A stretch of 64,000 bases of DNA, from assembly GCA_002269645.1 (NCBI GenBank), contig NIVC01001124.1, forward strand, positions 62,001 to 126,000, given 5' to 3'. The position numbers were made by a program, and so were the translations under genes. A model generated the notes under the pieces. The model was not told the origin of the DNA, made no database searches, and saw only the letters and a list, made by a program, of their open reading frames with translations. The stretch is from Macrostomum lignano (taxonomy: Eukaryota). Positions 1 to 12,150 of this stretch are shown one piece after another; positions within the stretch are counted from its first letter, which is position 1, and each line of letters opens with the position of its first letter.

Positions 1-333
1 GTCTCACCTTTCGTTCAGGGGGAGACGCGGTCCACTACAAGCCACATGAACACATGAATCGTCGTTGGGCACCCCCGAACCTTTGTGATGACTGCGGGCA
101 GGAACACGGTGTGGGTTCTCGCCGACAATCGGTTGCAGTTAGCTAGCACTAATCAGCTGGCGCCTCAAAACCAGCCTTCAGACGCCAATGATGAGAAGAT
201 GCTGTTCCAACATCCAATGCAGACGAGCCGCCCGAAGACCAACAGGCCCATGCAGCTGCGACGAAGTTTGCGAGACCGTCGACCGCCCGAGAGATTTACC
301 CCGCGCGTAGAGCATTCTCATGAGTTGCAGTGA
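1..333 (+). mobile_element. 3' end of a Ty3/Gypsy pol (post-integrase C-terminal region), frameshifted
   Basis: Frame 3 reads FRSGGDAVHYK..RRWAP. After a shift at the C-run near 70-76 it continues TFVMTAGRNTVWVLADNRLQLASTNQL...LRRSLRDRRPPERFTP*. This matches the F..GD.V..W.PG..V pattern and RRS.R.R.PP.R tail typical of Gypsy integrase C-termini. It is cut by the window start. Confidence 0.6.
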
Positions 334-475
334 ACAATAACTACCTTGCCCGTTAACAATGAACTGAATAAAATATGTATTCCTGCTCTAATAGTTACCC
401 CAATGCAATTCAATACTTTATTCATTTAACCCATACATAGGTCCATGTTTGTGGGCAGCTTGTGAAGAAGGTGCA

Positions 476-782
476 TGTTGTGCATTGAGAGAATGCACAC
501 ACAAATCACCTCTTTACAAATTAACGCATTGATGTACTGCTATCAATTCTCCTATTGTCTGTTTCTTTATGGTCTCGTTCCCTTGAAGTTTCACTTTTGT
601 CTATGTCCTATATCTTCCTGCAGGCATTCGTATATTCCAGAGCACCGCTCCCTTGTTTTGTTTCCCCCAAAAAATTGCTTGAGCCCTCAAGGCAAATCGA
701 CGTCAAGAAAAGTGCTCAGCGTTCGCGCTGCTCTGATTCCTAGCAGAGAATCCACATTCTCCTGACGACTGTGCCCACATCA
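476..782 (+). mobile_element. Probable 3' LTR of the same Gypsy element
   Basis: A purine-rich tract GAAGAAGGTGCA (464-475) is followed by TGTTG; the segment ends CATCA, an imperfect TG...CA inverted end. The partner LTR is not in the window. Confidence 0.35.
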
Positions 783-2097
783 ATGTATATACTTGAACCA
801 TCTGAAAAGAGTTCCTAACCGAAAAAGTAACGGTATAGGAGCTTCGTGCCTATTTTAGCTCAAAAAAGTTAGAGCAGCTTATTTTTCTTAGTACAATTAC
901 AAGATTTCTGATTAATTTGAAAGGATGAGAGGAAACAAGAGCATCATCCGCTATTCATAGCTCATAATTAATTTCTTTTTGTATATTTATATTGACTGAC
1001 GCTGGTGCAACAAAACTCGGGGGAATTTTTAGCTTTTGGAAATATTTGCAGAAAATATATATATTTTTCATATAATCTTTCCAATTTTTATAAATCTCTT
1101 TATTTACAGCAAAAAATCAATAAAGCAATACAACAGCTATGTAATACTAAAAGACGATCAGTCAATCTGTTTCTGATGAAAACTATCGCTATATTTTTGG
1201 ATTTTTATTTTCATTTTTAGATTTGATCAAAATTGTCCACACACAGACAGAGTTTTGACTTTTATAGGTAGAGATTAAAATAGGATTTTATCTTGATCAA
1301 AAGTTTGCATTTCCATAGTGTATTTTTCGCACAAATCCAGCCCAGTTTTTTTTTAAGAAACAATGATAAATCCTACTCTTCTGCTCAAGTCGTTCTAGTA
1401 TTTTTTTGAAAAAGATATGTAGTGGAAGTTCCACAAAAATATATAATTAATAGCTGAATATAATTTCTTTTAAAACACGTGATAACTCCGGACATTTTTA
1501 ACCTATAAAACAAAACTTTACACTTTACCGAAAATTTATATCATAAAGCTGCAAACAGTGAATAAGTAAGTTGCATTTAAAGCTTTAGATTTCAGATATT
1601 TGTTAAAAGTGTATTTTAAGATGCTAACTCAAACTTGTTTTCAAATGTGCAATAACGCAACAAGCGCTACTATGCTTGCAGCAGCAAGAACTAAGCCAGT
1701 AAGCAGCAGACCAATTTTTATCACACTCTAACTTCAGCTCTACTTATTTAAATTATTGAATCGCAGAAAACACTTACAATTTGCTTAGGGGCTAGTAACT
1801 CCAATTTATTGCTTGTGTATTGATAGGCCTAATCCATTTGCATTAACGTGATTTTTGCAATCTGTTAAGTTAGGTCATAATTAAACACAACACAAATTTA
1901 AGCTTTAAAGGTTTAAATGTAAGGATTTCATCTGCTTGCTTGAGGCTGGTAAAGAAGAATATTTTGTAGTATTTTCCTTTAATTACAATATTTTTCATAT
2001 ACTAAAACCTATTTAGAATCCTACAACATATATTTAGCTCTTGATTGTTTCATTTTGGATGATTTAGGCCTATCATTAAATTTGACTGAATTTTATA

Positions 2098-5000
2098 ATG
2101 CCACCCAAAGGAAAAAATGAACCATCAAAAAAGACAGTGGAAAAACAAAAGCAGAAAGTCATAGAGGTAAATAATTTGTTCTATTTTTATATTGCTAATG
2201 ACAAATTTTATGTCTACTTTATAGGCCTAGCTTGTAAACAATAGCAAGTCAATTTGCCAAAAGTTGATTCACCAAAAGTCAATTTGCCAAAAGCAGGTTG
2301 TTTTGCCAAAAGCAGGTTGTTTTGCCAAACAAATAAACCACAAAAAATAAAAAAATAAACAAATGAAGAAATGAAATATTAAATGCTAGATCTAAAACAT
2401 TAAAATCAATCAATGACCCCATCTATAAATAAATAAATAAGGATTATGTAGAATGTAAAATATAGAATATAGAATTTGTAGAATGTTAAATGTTACAACC
2501 ACCTATGTTTTACAAATAAAGTGATAAAACATGTGATGTGCACATTGTGGCTTACAAAACAATAGCCTATAAATTACAAGAAGTTTGCCACATTGTAAGC
2601 TAATTCTTAATTCATTTTTGATTTATAGAGTAAAAGAGAAAATAGTAATATTTTGTAATTAGTGTATAAGTATGTTGTTTGTTTATCTGAAAATTATCTT
2701 TCTCAAGAAGGAACATACATGCGCAACCCTCCTGATTTACACTGGTCATGTGACTTACTTTTTGACCAAAAATGCAACTTACCTGTGAAAGACCCTAACG
2801 CAATTTTGGGTAAACAGCAAGAGTAACTATGACTGTCTTATAAGGGCTAAATGCCTCGTCATCTAATTAGTACTACATCTATATTCTTTAGGCTGGGAAT
2901 TTTTGCAACTTACCCCTAGTCCACCACAATTTACGGTGGCCAGATCGGCCAGGTTGGCCAGCAGTTGCGCATGTATGGGAAGGAATCTTGAAAGATCTCT
3001 TTTGATATATATCAGCTTAACCCAGGATAGAATTCTTGCTTGGGGATAGGAAAACATGCATGTTCATATTTGTGTGCAAGTGTGCATACTAGCTATAAAA
3101 ATAAGTCATAATGTGGATCATTGCCCATGCACAAAAAATGAAATTTTTAGTTTTTCAATTCTATGCCAATGTAAATTAAAAGTTGTACTTCAAATGTAAA
3201 GTAGCTTAAATACTATATTTTTAGAGACAATTTTCTTTACAAATTATAGGAGTTTTACTAAACTTTAAAGTAACTATTTTTGTTAAAAACAATTATTCTT
3301 TATTTTACTTTTGTTTTGAAGTTTTCTAGTGTAAAAACAACCTTCTGGTCTATGAAAAGTAAGAGAACTTGAGTGCATATATATCACATGGCACATAACC
3401 ATGTTGAATGCGTGTAAAAGTCAAATCCTATCTGTGATTCTGCAGCAAACGGCTTCTTGCGTAAGTGCATACGATGGAATAAACATATACCTTTAAGAGT
3501 GTGCAAGTAGGCTCCTTTTTAGCACGCATAAATGTGTAACAACTTTTGTTCAAGAATTCCATCTTGAACTCAACTGCTATACAGTATATATGTGGCAGTT
3601 GTTGCACAAAAAATATATTTCCCACATTTTTATAATAATTAAAAGAATTGTGCCAGTAGGATTAAGTGTTCTGTAGTTGATAATCAATAAAAAATTCTTG
3701 GCAATGACAAATAAAAAATCAAACTCACAACCTTACATGTGTGACTCAAAGTATCACATCATGATGGCAGAAAAAAACTTGTTAGCACTATTGCTAATAT
3801 TGCTATTTGAATTGGTAGATATCAGTTAATTCCCAACCTGGTTTTACAGCAAATTGACTGTAGTGTTGGCAAAAGGGTATTTGGCAAATCATCTCATATT
3901 CTTATAAATTATATAATCTTGTGTTGTAGTAGGCACTTGCAACTTAGCACTTTTGTTGATGGTCATTTTGTCTGCTACCAGTTTGTCTCCAAAAATATGA
4001 TGTAGTTATTTTGTCTGCCAACAAAATAAGCAATTGTTATTTGTCTAGTGACTGAACAAACAAATATGTCTGGTTAAATTGCTAATACAAGTATCTATTT
4101 GTTTAGTGATATAGATTTTAAAGACCTTTTCTTGTATCCTGATTTGAATAATATATTGTTATATACTAATGTCTAAGCAAAGCATATATGTGTGTGCGAT
4201 TTAGCATAATTTGGTATATAAGACATATACTAGTATAACTACATAATAAAGATACAAGTGAGAATTCTTTGAAGTCCAGGAATATTCACCCTTGTAGTTT
4301 CTGTAAAATAGGTATTTTAGAATTATTAATTTTACCAGACAAATAACAAAATGCACATTTGTCTAGTATTAACTGGATGAATAGGGAAACATTTTAGAAG
4401 AGCAAGGTGAGCAGAACTGTGACAACTTTTTATTTTCACAAAGGTCTTTTATACAGAGCATGGGGAGGTGCACGAGAGTGGCATGAGTCAACCCCCGGCT
4501 TAGCAAGCTGGCGAGCAGTGCACCCACCCCCAGGCTAGGCAGCTGGGGGTTTGGAGTGCAAATGTACTGCAACTGTGCTGCATGCAGGCCTGGCCGCCAC
4601 ATGGCTCCCCCCAGCACCGAGTTAGGCTCTGAACTTTGTTGGGCGACACTGTTGAGGTGGCTGCCAGTGGATGGGATGAGCAGTGTTGCGTTGAGGGACT
4701 AGCAGTGGGCGGGTGGTTTTGTCAGTTGTGGCCCATGTCGGTGGGGCCGCAGGCTGTCGAGGTGGGCGGCCACTTGGTCGCACAACTGGCGCCAGAACTT
4801 GCTTGCGCAGATAGAGGATCGCCGGCTTGAGTCTGTCAATGGACACCTGGTCGCGTCGCGTGCCTAGGTCCAACAGGAAGGTCTTTTTGTCGCGTTCTAT
4901 GACCTTGAATGGGCCGTTGTAGGGCTTCTGCAGCGGTGCTCAATGGCCATCCCACGAGGTCGACATGCACGTGGGCGAAGCGCTGGCCCGGCACGCGGAT

Positions 5001-8000
5001 GCTGTCCACTGGAGCGGCGACGTGGCGCTGAACCTTGGTGGTCTGGCAGGCGACGCAGGTCTTGGCCCACTGGCTGACGTCCTTGTTCTGTTGTTCATAC
5101 CGGCCCACACGAACTTGGCGGCGATGAGTCGCCGTGTGCTGCGAACCGACGGGTGGGCGAGGCTGTGGATGGCGTCGAACACAGCGCGGCGAAAGTCCGG
5201 CGGCACCAGCGGGCGCGGCCGGCCAGTCGAGATGTCGCAGAGCAGAGCGACGCCGGGGCTGATCTGCAGCGGCTCAAGCTGAAGACTGGCGCCTGCCTGG
5301 GCGGCTGGGTCCGCTGCCTGCGCCGCGGCCATCGCCGCGTAGTCCACGCGGGGGAGCAGCCCGGGCTGCACCGACGCGACCGTGCAACTGGACAGCGCGT
5401 CCGCCACCGGGTTGTCCTTGCCCGCCACGTGCTGGATGTCCGCGGTGAACTCGGACACGTGGGCCAGATGCCGCTGTTGCCGGGCCGACCACGGGTCTGA
5501 CATTTTGGACATGGCGGCAGCCAGCGGCTTGTGATCTGTGAATGCGGTGAAGTTGCGGCCTTCTAAAAAGTAGCGGAAGTGCCTCACGGCCAGGTACACG
5601 ACGATCGAACGCGCTGTACTTCCGCTCGGGCGGGCGAAGTTGCCGGCTGAAGAAGGCGAGCGGCTGCCAGGCGTCATCCATCCGCTGCTCAAGTGCCGCT
5701 CCGACGGCAACGTCTGAGGCGTCGACGATGAGGGCGATGGATGCATCCGGCCGCGGGTGCGCCAGCATAGCGGCGGAGGCCAACTTGCCAAGGCCTGCTA
5801 CGCCCCGTCGAAAGCGGCTGTCAGCTCGGGCGTCCACCGGACGAGCTTCTCCTTGCCGGCCATGGCCGCGTAGATGGGACGCAGCAGCTGGGCGGCCCGC
5901 GGCACGGCACGAAACGGTGATAGAAGTTGACCATGCCGGCGAAGTCCTGCAGGCCGTTGACGGTGGCTGGTGGCTCGAAGCGGACGATGGCGTCGACCTT
6001 GGATGGCAGCGGCACGGCGCCGGCAGCGCTGATCCGGTGGCCAAGGAAGTCGATCTTACTGCGGCCGAACTCGCACTTGGCCGGGTTGATGAGACCGTTG
6101 CTGGCCAGGCGCTGGAACAGTGTGCGCAGGTGCTCCAGGTGCTGCTGTGGGCTGCGGCTGGCGACCAGGAAATCGTCGATGTAGGCGAAGACGATATCTA
6201 AGTCCTGGCAAACAGAGTCGACAAGGCTGCGTGCAGGCCTGGCCGCCACAACTTAGTTTTAACAAAAAATCCAATGTAGTTTTTGGCCAAAAACGCACCT
6301 ACATGTAAAAGAAACCCTAAAGCAAAATTAATGCAATTTTGGGTAAATGGCAGGAGTAACTATGACTGTCTTATTAAGGTAAAATGCCTCGTTATCTACA
6401 AGATAAAAAACTGATTTTTTTAAAGTGTGAGTGTATCTAAAAATATTATTTTAAGACCCATCAAAGGTTGACTTAACTTATATATGTAAGTATATAATTT
6501 GAAGTTAACTTTATATAAACTTTTCAGTAGGATAGCAAATGCATTATCATCATTGGATCAAGATGGGGCCAGGGATCATAACAATGCTCAGAATCATATT
6601 CAACTGTGAACTACTCTACCTTCTGATTCACTAACAACTAACTGACTATTACAAAATTGTTTTTCAATGAATGTTTAAATTGAATATAATATTTATTTGT
6701 AATTTTGTATTAAACAATATTACACATTCAAAAGAGACATCCCATAACAACTATTTGTATGACTTGCAATATTTTATAATAAAAAATAGCTGTACAATTT
6801 TCATAGCTAAATTTTACTTTTTCTTTTAAAAAAAGTTGTTTTGTCTGCCAGCAGACAAAGTATGCCTGGTTAAATTTGACAAAAATAGACAAAAGTCTCT
6901 GGAGATACATAGCTCTAAATAAACATTCAATCAATTTTTACTTTTTGCTTTTTAACCTTTTATTTAAACACGCAGGACAAGACATTTGGCTTGAAGAACA
7001 AGAAGGGTGCCAAACAGCAAAAGTTTGTACAACAGGTGTCTAAGCAGGTAACTTTGGGCAACAAAAGCGCAAGAGAAGTTGAAATAGCCAAGCAGGAGAA
7101 GGAAGCCAAGAAGGAAGAGAAGAAAAAGCAGGCAGCCGAGCTGAACGCCCTGTTCAAGCCAGTGGCCGAGCTGCAGAAAGTCGCTCACGGAGTCGATCCC
7201 AAATCCGTGCTGTGCCAATTCTTCAAGCAGGGCAAATGCACCAAAGGAGACAAATGCAAATTCTCTCACGACTTGTCCATCGCTCGAAAAACAGAGAAAC
7301 GATCCATCTACGATGGCGAAGGCGCGGACAAAGGCGCTCAGGACTCGATGGAGAACTGGAGCCAGCAGCAGCTAGAAGAGGTTGTTAATAAAAAGCACGG
7401 CGAATCAGAGCGCAGTCTACCGCCTACGACAATTATCTGCAAGTACTTTCTAGACGCTGTTGAGGACAATAAATATGGCTGGTTTTGGAGCTGTCCAAAT
7501 GGCGAGAAGTGCCACTACAGGTGATTGATTTTAAAATGGCTTAACAATTTCGGATTATACATTTGTTACTAATATCTAAAAAATACTAAAACTCTCTCTC
7601 TAAAGTAATACCTAATTCCTATTGTAATCGAAAACATTCTATTCCCATAATAGATCCCAAATATCCCCAATATAAATCTCTATTCCCATAATAAATCCCA
7701 AATATCCTCAACAAAAAATCTATTCCCATAATAGATCCCAAAATATCTCCAAAAGAAATCTCTATCCCATAATAGATCCCAAAATATCCCCAACAAAAAT
7801 CTCTATTCCCATAATAGATCCTAAAATATCCCCAACAAAAAATCTATTCCCATAATAGATCCCAAGACCCAAATATCCCCAATAAAAATCTATTCTCGTA
7901 ATAGATCCTAAGAGATCCTAATAAATCTATTCTCATAATAGATCCTAAAATATTCCCAACAGAAATCTCTATTCCCATAATAGATCCCAAATATCCCCAA

Positions 8001-10276
8001 CAGAAATCTTCATTTCCATAATAAATCCCAAATATCCTCAACAGAAATCTCTATTCCCATAATAAATCCCAAATATCCCCAACAGAAATCTTCATTTCCA
8101 TAATAAATCCCAAATATCCTCAACAGAAATCTCTATTCCCATAATAGATCCCAAATATCCTCAACAAAAATCTCTATTCCCATAATAAATCCTAAATATC
8201 CTCAACAAAAATCTCTATTCCCATAATAGATCCCAAATATCCTCAACAGAAATCTCTATTCCCATAATAGATCCCAAATATCCTCAACAGAAATCTCTAT
8301 TCTCACGATAGTTTCCAAGATATCCCCACTAGAGATATCTATTCCCACAATGGTTTCCAAGATATCCCCACCAGAGATTTCTATTCCCACAATGGTTTCC
8401 AAGATGTCCCCACCAGAGATCTCTATTCCCACAATGGTTTCCAAGATATCTCCACCAGAGATCTCTATTCCCACAATGGTTTCCAAGATATCCCCACCAG
8501 AGATCTCTATTCCCACAATGGTTTCCAAGATACCTCCACCAGAGATCTCTATTCCCACAATGGTTTCCAAGATATCCCCACCAGAGATTTCTATTCCCAC
8601 AATGGTTTCCAAGATGTCCCCACCAGAGATCTCTATTCCCACAATGGTTTCCAAGATATCTCCACCAGAGATCTCTATTCCCACAATGGTTTCCAAGATA
8701 TCCCCACCAGAGATATCTATTCCCACAATGGTTTCCAAGATATCCCCACCAGAGATCTCTATTCCCACAATGGTTTCCAAGATATCCCCACCAGAGATAT
8801 CTATTTTCACAATGGTTTCCAAAATATCCCCACCAGAGATATCTATTCCCACAATGGTTTCCAAGATATCCCCACCAGAGATCTCTATTCCCACAATGGT
8901 TTCCAAGATATCCCCACCAGAGATCTCTATTCCCACAATGGTTTAATGGTTTCCAAAATATCCCCACCAGAGATATCTATTCCCACAATGGTTTCCAAAA
9001 TATCCCCACCAGAGATCTCTATTCCCACAATGGTTTAATGGTTTCCAAGATATCCCCACCAGAGATATCTATTCCCACAATGGTTTCCAAAATATCCCCA
9101 CCAGAGATCTCTATTCCCACAATGGTTTCCAAGATATCCCCACCAGAGATATCTATTTCCACAATAGTTCCAAGATATCCGCATCATAAATCCCATTCCG
9201 CAGACACGCCCTGCCGCCCGGTTTCGTGCTGAAGCGGGACAAGAAGAAGATGGAGGAGCAGCGCGAGCAGATCAGCCTGGAGGAGCTCATCGAATCGGAG
9301 CGGGCCGCCCTGGCCAGCCGGGCGGGCCAGACGCCGGTGACCCTGGCCAGTTTCCTAGCCTGGAAGCGGCGCAAGCGGGCGGAACGCCAGGCCAAAGCCA
9401 GCGCCGACAAGGCCAAACGCCAGGCCGAAGCCGCCGCCGGCCGTGTTGTCGGCATTAGCGGCCGCGAGATGTTCGAATTCCGGCCGGAAATGGGCCTGGA
9501 CGCCGACGATCAGGACGATGACGGAGGTGTCGCTTGGGACTTCCGGCAGCGCGAGAGCGAGGAAGATCCGGAAGGCGCGGGTGGCGGCATGCAGGTTAGT
9601 GGGACGGCTGTCGCTTTTCTAGCTAGGGGACCGCCTTAAAAATTGTCTCTGTGAGAATCTCCCTTTAGCCACTGTGAGAATCGCCCTTTAGCCACTGTGA
9701 GAATCGCCCTTTAGCCACTGTGAGAATCTCCCTTTAGCCACTGTGAGAATCTCCCTTTAGCCACTGTGAGAATCGCCTTTTAGCCACTGTGAGAATCGCC
9801 CTTTAGCCACTGTGAGAATCTCCCTTTAGCCACTGTGAGAATCTCCCTTTAGCCACTGTGAGAATCGCCTTTTAACCACAGTGAGAATCGCCCCATGAGC
9901 CACTGAGAATCGCCCTTTAACCACAGTGAGTCGCCCTTAATACGCACAATTTCGCATACGCACAATTTCGTATAAACACTACTGTCAGTAGTTTACTAGT
10001 TAGCACGCAGATAATTAGCAACAAATTCCAACCCTCCCACAGGTTCGCGAAATCCGCCTGGAAGACCTATACGAACAGGACGAAGAAGCTAGCGAGTGCG
10101 GCGCCGCCGCGTCCGCCTCGGCGGCCTCCGAAGCCTCGGCGGCTGGCGCTGTGGGCGGCGGCGACAGCAACGGCGCCGCCGGGGTGGTCATCGATGAGAA
10201 TCTGTTCGCCGACGAAGACCTGGACGAGTTGGATAACATTGACAAAGAGTTGGACACGTTGGAATTGCAGGAATGA
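2098..10276 (+). CDS. ZC3H15: Zinc finger CCCH domain protein 15 / DRG family regulatory protein 1 (4 exons, ~412 aa)
   Basis: Exons 2098-2166 ([23 protein letters not shown]), 6976-7520 ([17 protein letters not shown]...[19 protein letters not shown]...[29 protein letters not shown]), 9204-9594 ([15 protein letters not shown]...[13 protein letters not shown]) and 10043-10276 (...[14 protein letters not shown]...*). All introns are GT-AG with matching phases 0/2/0. Two CCCH fingers and the DFRP C-terminal region are recognisable. Confidence 0.95.
2808..2871 (+). other. Dispersed 28S rRNA-derived fragment (helix 69-71, R2/I-PpoI target region), copy 1
   Basis: GGGTAAACAGCAAGAGTAACTATGACTGTCTTATAAGGGCTAAATGCCTCGTCATCTAATTAGT versus the conserved eukaryotic LSU GGGTAAACGGCGGGAGTAACTATGACTCTCTTAAGGTAGCCAAATGCCTCGTCATCTAATTAGT: 54/64 identical ungapped by hand count. 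No rRNA context on either side. Confidence 0.85.
4455..6250 (-). mobile_element. Degenerate Ty3/Gypsy LTR retrotransposon fragment (RT-RNase H-integrase, PPT, partial 3' LTR), antisense in ZC3H15 intron 1
   Basis: RT: [35 protein letters not shown]. RNase H: [30 protein letters not shown]. Integrase zinc-binding region: HSLAHPSV...CVACQ, VHVDLVG. C-terminal region: [11 protein letters not shown]...[23 protein letters not shown] is followed by TGTGG at 4601. Several frameshifts; 5'-truncated within RT. Confidence 0.93.
6341..6398 (+). other. Dispersed 28S rRNA-derived fragment, copy 2
   Basis: GGGTAAATGGCAGGAGTAACTATGACTGTCTTATTAAGGTAAAATGCCTCGTTATCTA: 47/58 identical to the LSU consensus by hand count. 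It shares upstream flank with copy 1. Confidence 0.8.
7640..9180. repeat. Intronic minisatellite, ~41-bp unit grading into a 42-bp unit
   Basis: AATAGATCCCAAATATCCTCAACAGAAATCTCTATTCCCAT to about 8290, then CTATTCCCACAATGGTTTCCAAGATATCCCCACCAGAGATCT. Confidence 0.9.
9648..9930. repeat. 23-bp tandem repeat (ZC3H15 intron 3)
   Basis: (CTGTGAGAATCGCCCTTTAGCCA)n, about 12 copies. Confidence 0.9.
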
Positions 10277-11039
10277 CGTGTCAGTTTAGCCAGCTGATGC
10301 TGATGATGGCGCTGATGTTTGGCTGTTTGCTGGCTAATATTATTATGAATGATTGAAATAAATGATTGATATCTGATAGAGTCTGCTTCCTTCTCTTCCC
10401 GATTCAGCTCCATGCTTTTGCGCCCTCATGTGTGTTCCTCTGCTCTTCTGCTTTTCAGGGTTCTCCCTCTCTCTCGTGTTTATTTATTGCACAAAATTGT
10501 TTTACTGGCATCATATTACTGTAAGTAGGATTGGGGAGTTTTTTTCAATCAAATTAGAAAAGACATGGGCTTTATTACAATTCCTAAAGCCAGGCTTTCA
10601 TCATATAGTATATCTGAAATCCAAGTAACTTACGTATGTAATCCTGACGTGATGTTGCTGTCCTATCTTTGATGAAGCTCGGTTAACACGTGTTCGTCGC
10701 TGTTTTGGTTTATTCCCTTTAAAATTCTACTCAATTCTCTGCTGCGTCGCCTGAATTGCTCACCGAGTCTTTACTGAAATTACTGCTATTAAATTAATGT
10801 GTTGCACCTGTCCATGAACTATTTTCGATTGCGTGTAATATGCTACTTACTCATATCCTCTCGCTTTGACGCCATAGTGCATGGCTGCCAATATTTTGAG
10901 AGAAGAGAATCAATAACATGCCGGCAAAACTAACTGACCAGCAGAGGACTGAATTTTTATTGAGACAATTCTTGTGTCTTGCTTATTTGTGGCGCACTGT
11001 AAGACCAGACACACACTGAGGTATTGGAGGACAGCCACA

Positions 11040-12150
11040 CACTGAAGTACCGGACGGTAACCAGCCTGAAGTATCGGACGGTAACCAGCCTGAAGTATCG
11101 GATGGCAAGCACACTGAAGTATCAGAAGGCAAGCACACTGAAGTATCGGATGGTCACCAGCCTGAAATATCGGACGGTAACTAGCCTGAAGTATCGGACG
11201 GTAACTAGCCTGAATTATCGGACGTTAACTAGCCTGAAGTATCGGACAGTAACCAGTCTGAAGCATCGGACGGTAACCAGCCTGAAGTATCGGACGGTAA
11301 CTAGCCTGAAGTATCGGACGGTAACCAGCCTGAAGTATCGGATGGTAACCAGCCTGAAGTATCGGACGGTAACCAGCCTGAAGTATCGGATGGTAACCAG
11401 CCTGAAGTATCGGATGGTAACCAGCCTGAAGTATCGGACGGTAACCAGCCTGAAGTATCGGACGGTAACCAGCCTGAAGTATCGGACGGTAACCAGCCTG
11501 AAGTATCGGATGGCAAGCACACTGAAGTATCAGAAGGCAAGCACACTGAAGTATCGGATGGTCACCAGCCTGAAATATCGGACGGTAACTAGCCTGAAGT
11601 ATCGGACGGTAACTAGCCTGAATTATCGGACGTTAACTAGCCTGAAGTATCGGACAGTAACCAGTCTGAAGCATCGGACGGTAACCAGTCTGAAGCATCG
11701 GACGGTAACCAGCCTGAAGTATCGGACGGTAACCAGCCTGAAGTATCGGACGGTAACCAGCCTGAAGTATCGGACGGTAACCAGCCTGAAGTATCGGACA
11801 GTAACCAGTCTGAAGCATCGGACGGTAACCAGTCTGAAGCATCGGACGGTAACCAGCCTGAAGTATCGGACGGTAACCAGCCTGAAGTATCGGATGGTAA
11901 CCAGCCTGAAGTATCGGACGGTAACCAGCCTGAAGTATCGGATGGTAACCAGCCTGAAGTATCGGACGGTAACCAGCCTGAAGTATCGGATGGTAACCAG
12001 CCTGAAGTATCGGATGGTCACCAGCCTGAAGTATCGGAAGGCAAGCACACTGAAGTTTCAGAATGCAAGCACACTGAAGTATCGGAGGGGAGCCACCCTG
12101 AAGTATCAGAAGGCAAGCACACTGAAGTATCGGAGGGGAGCCACCCTGAA
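11040..12150. repeat. 24-bp tandem repeat (intergenic)
   Basis: (CCTGAAGTATCGGACGGTAACCAG)n; produces the spurious LKYRTVTS ORF. Confidence 0.92.

Noticed and set aside
2808-2871. Functional rRNA gene or group I intron insertion
   Set aside because: Only about 60 bp match, the helix 69 stem is broken, and there is no flanking rRNA or intron core.
8256-8967. Repeat-derived ORFs ([14 protein letters not shown] etc.) and similar ORFs over the other arrays
   Set aside because: They are pure translations of intronic tandem repeats in several frames.
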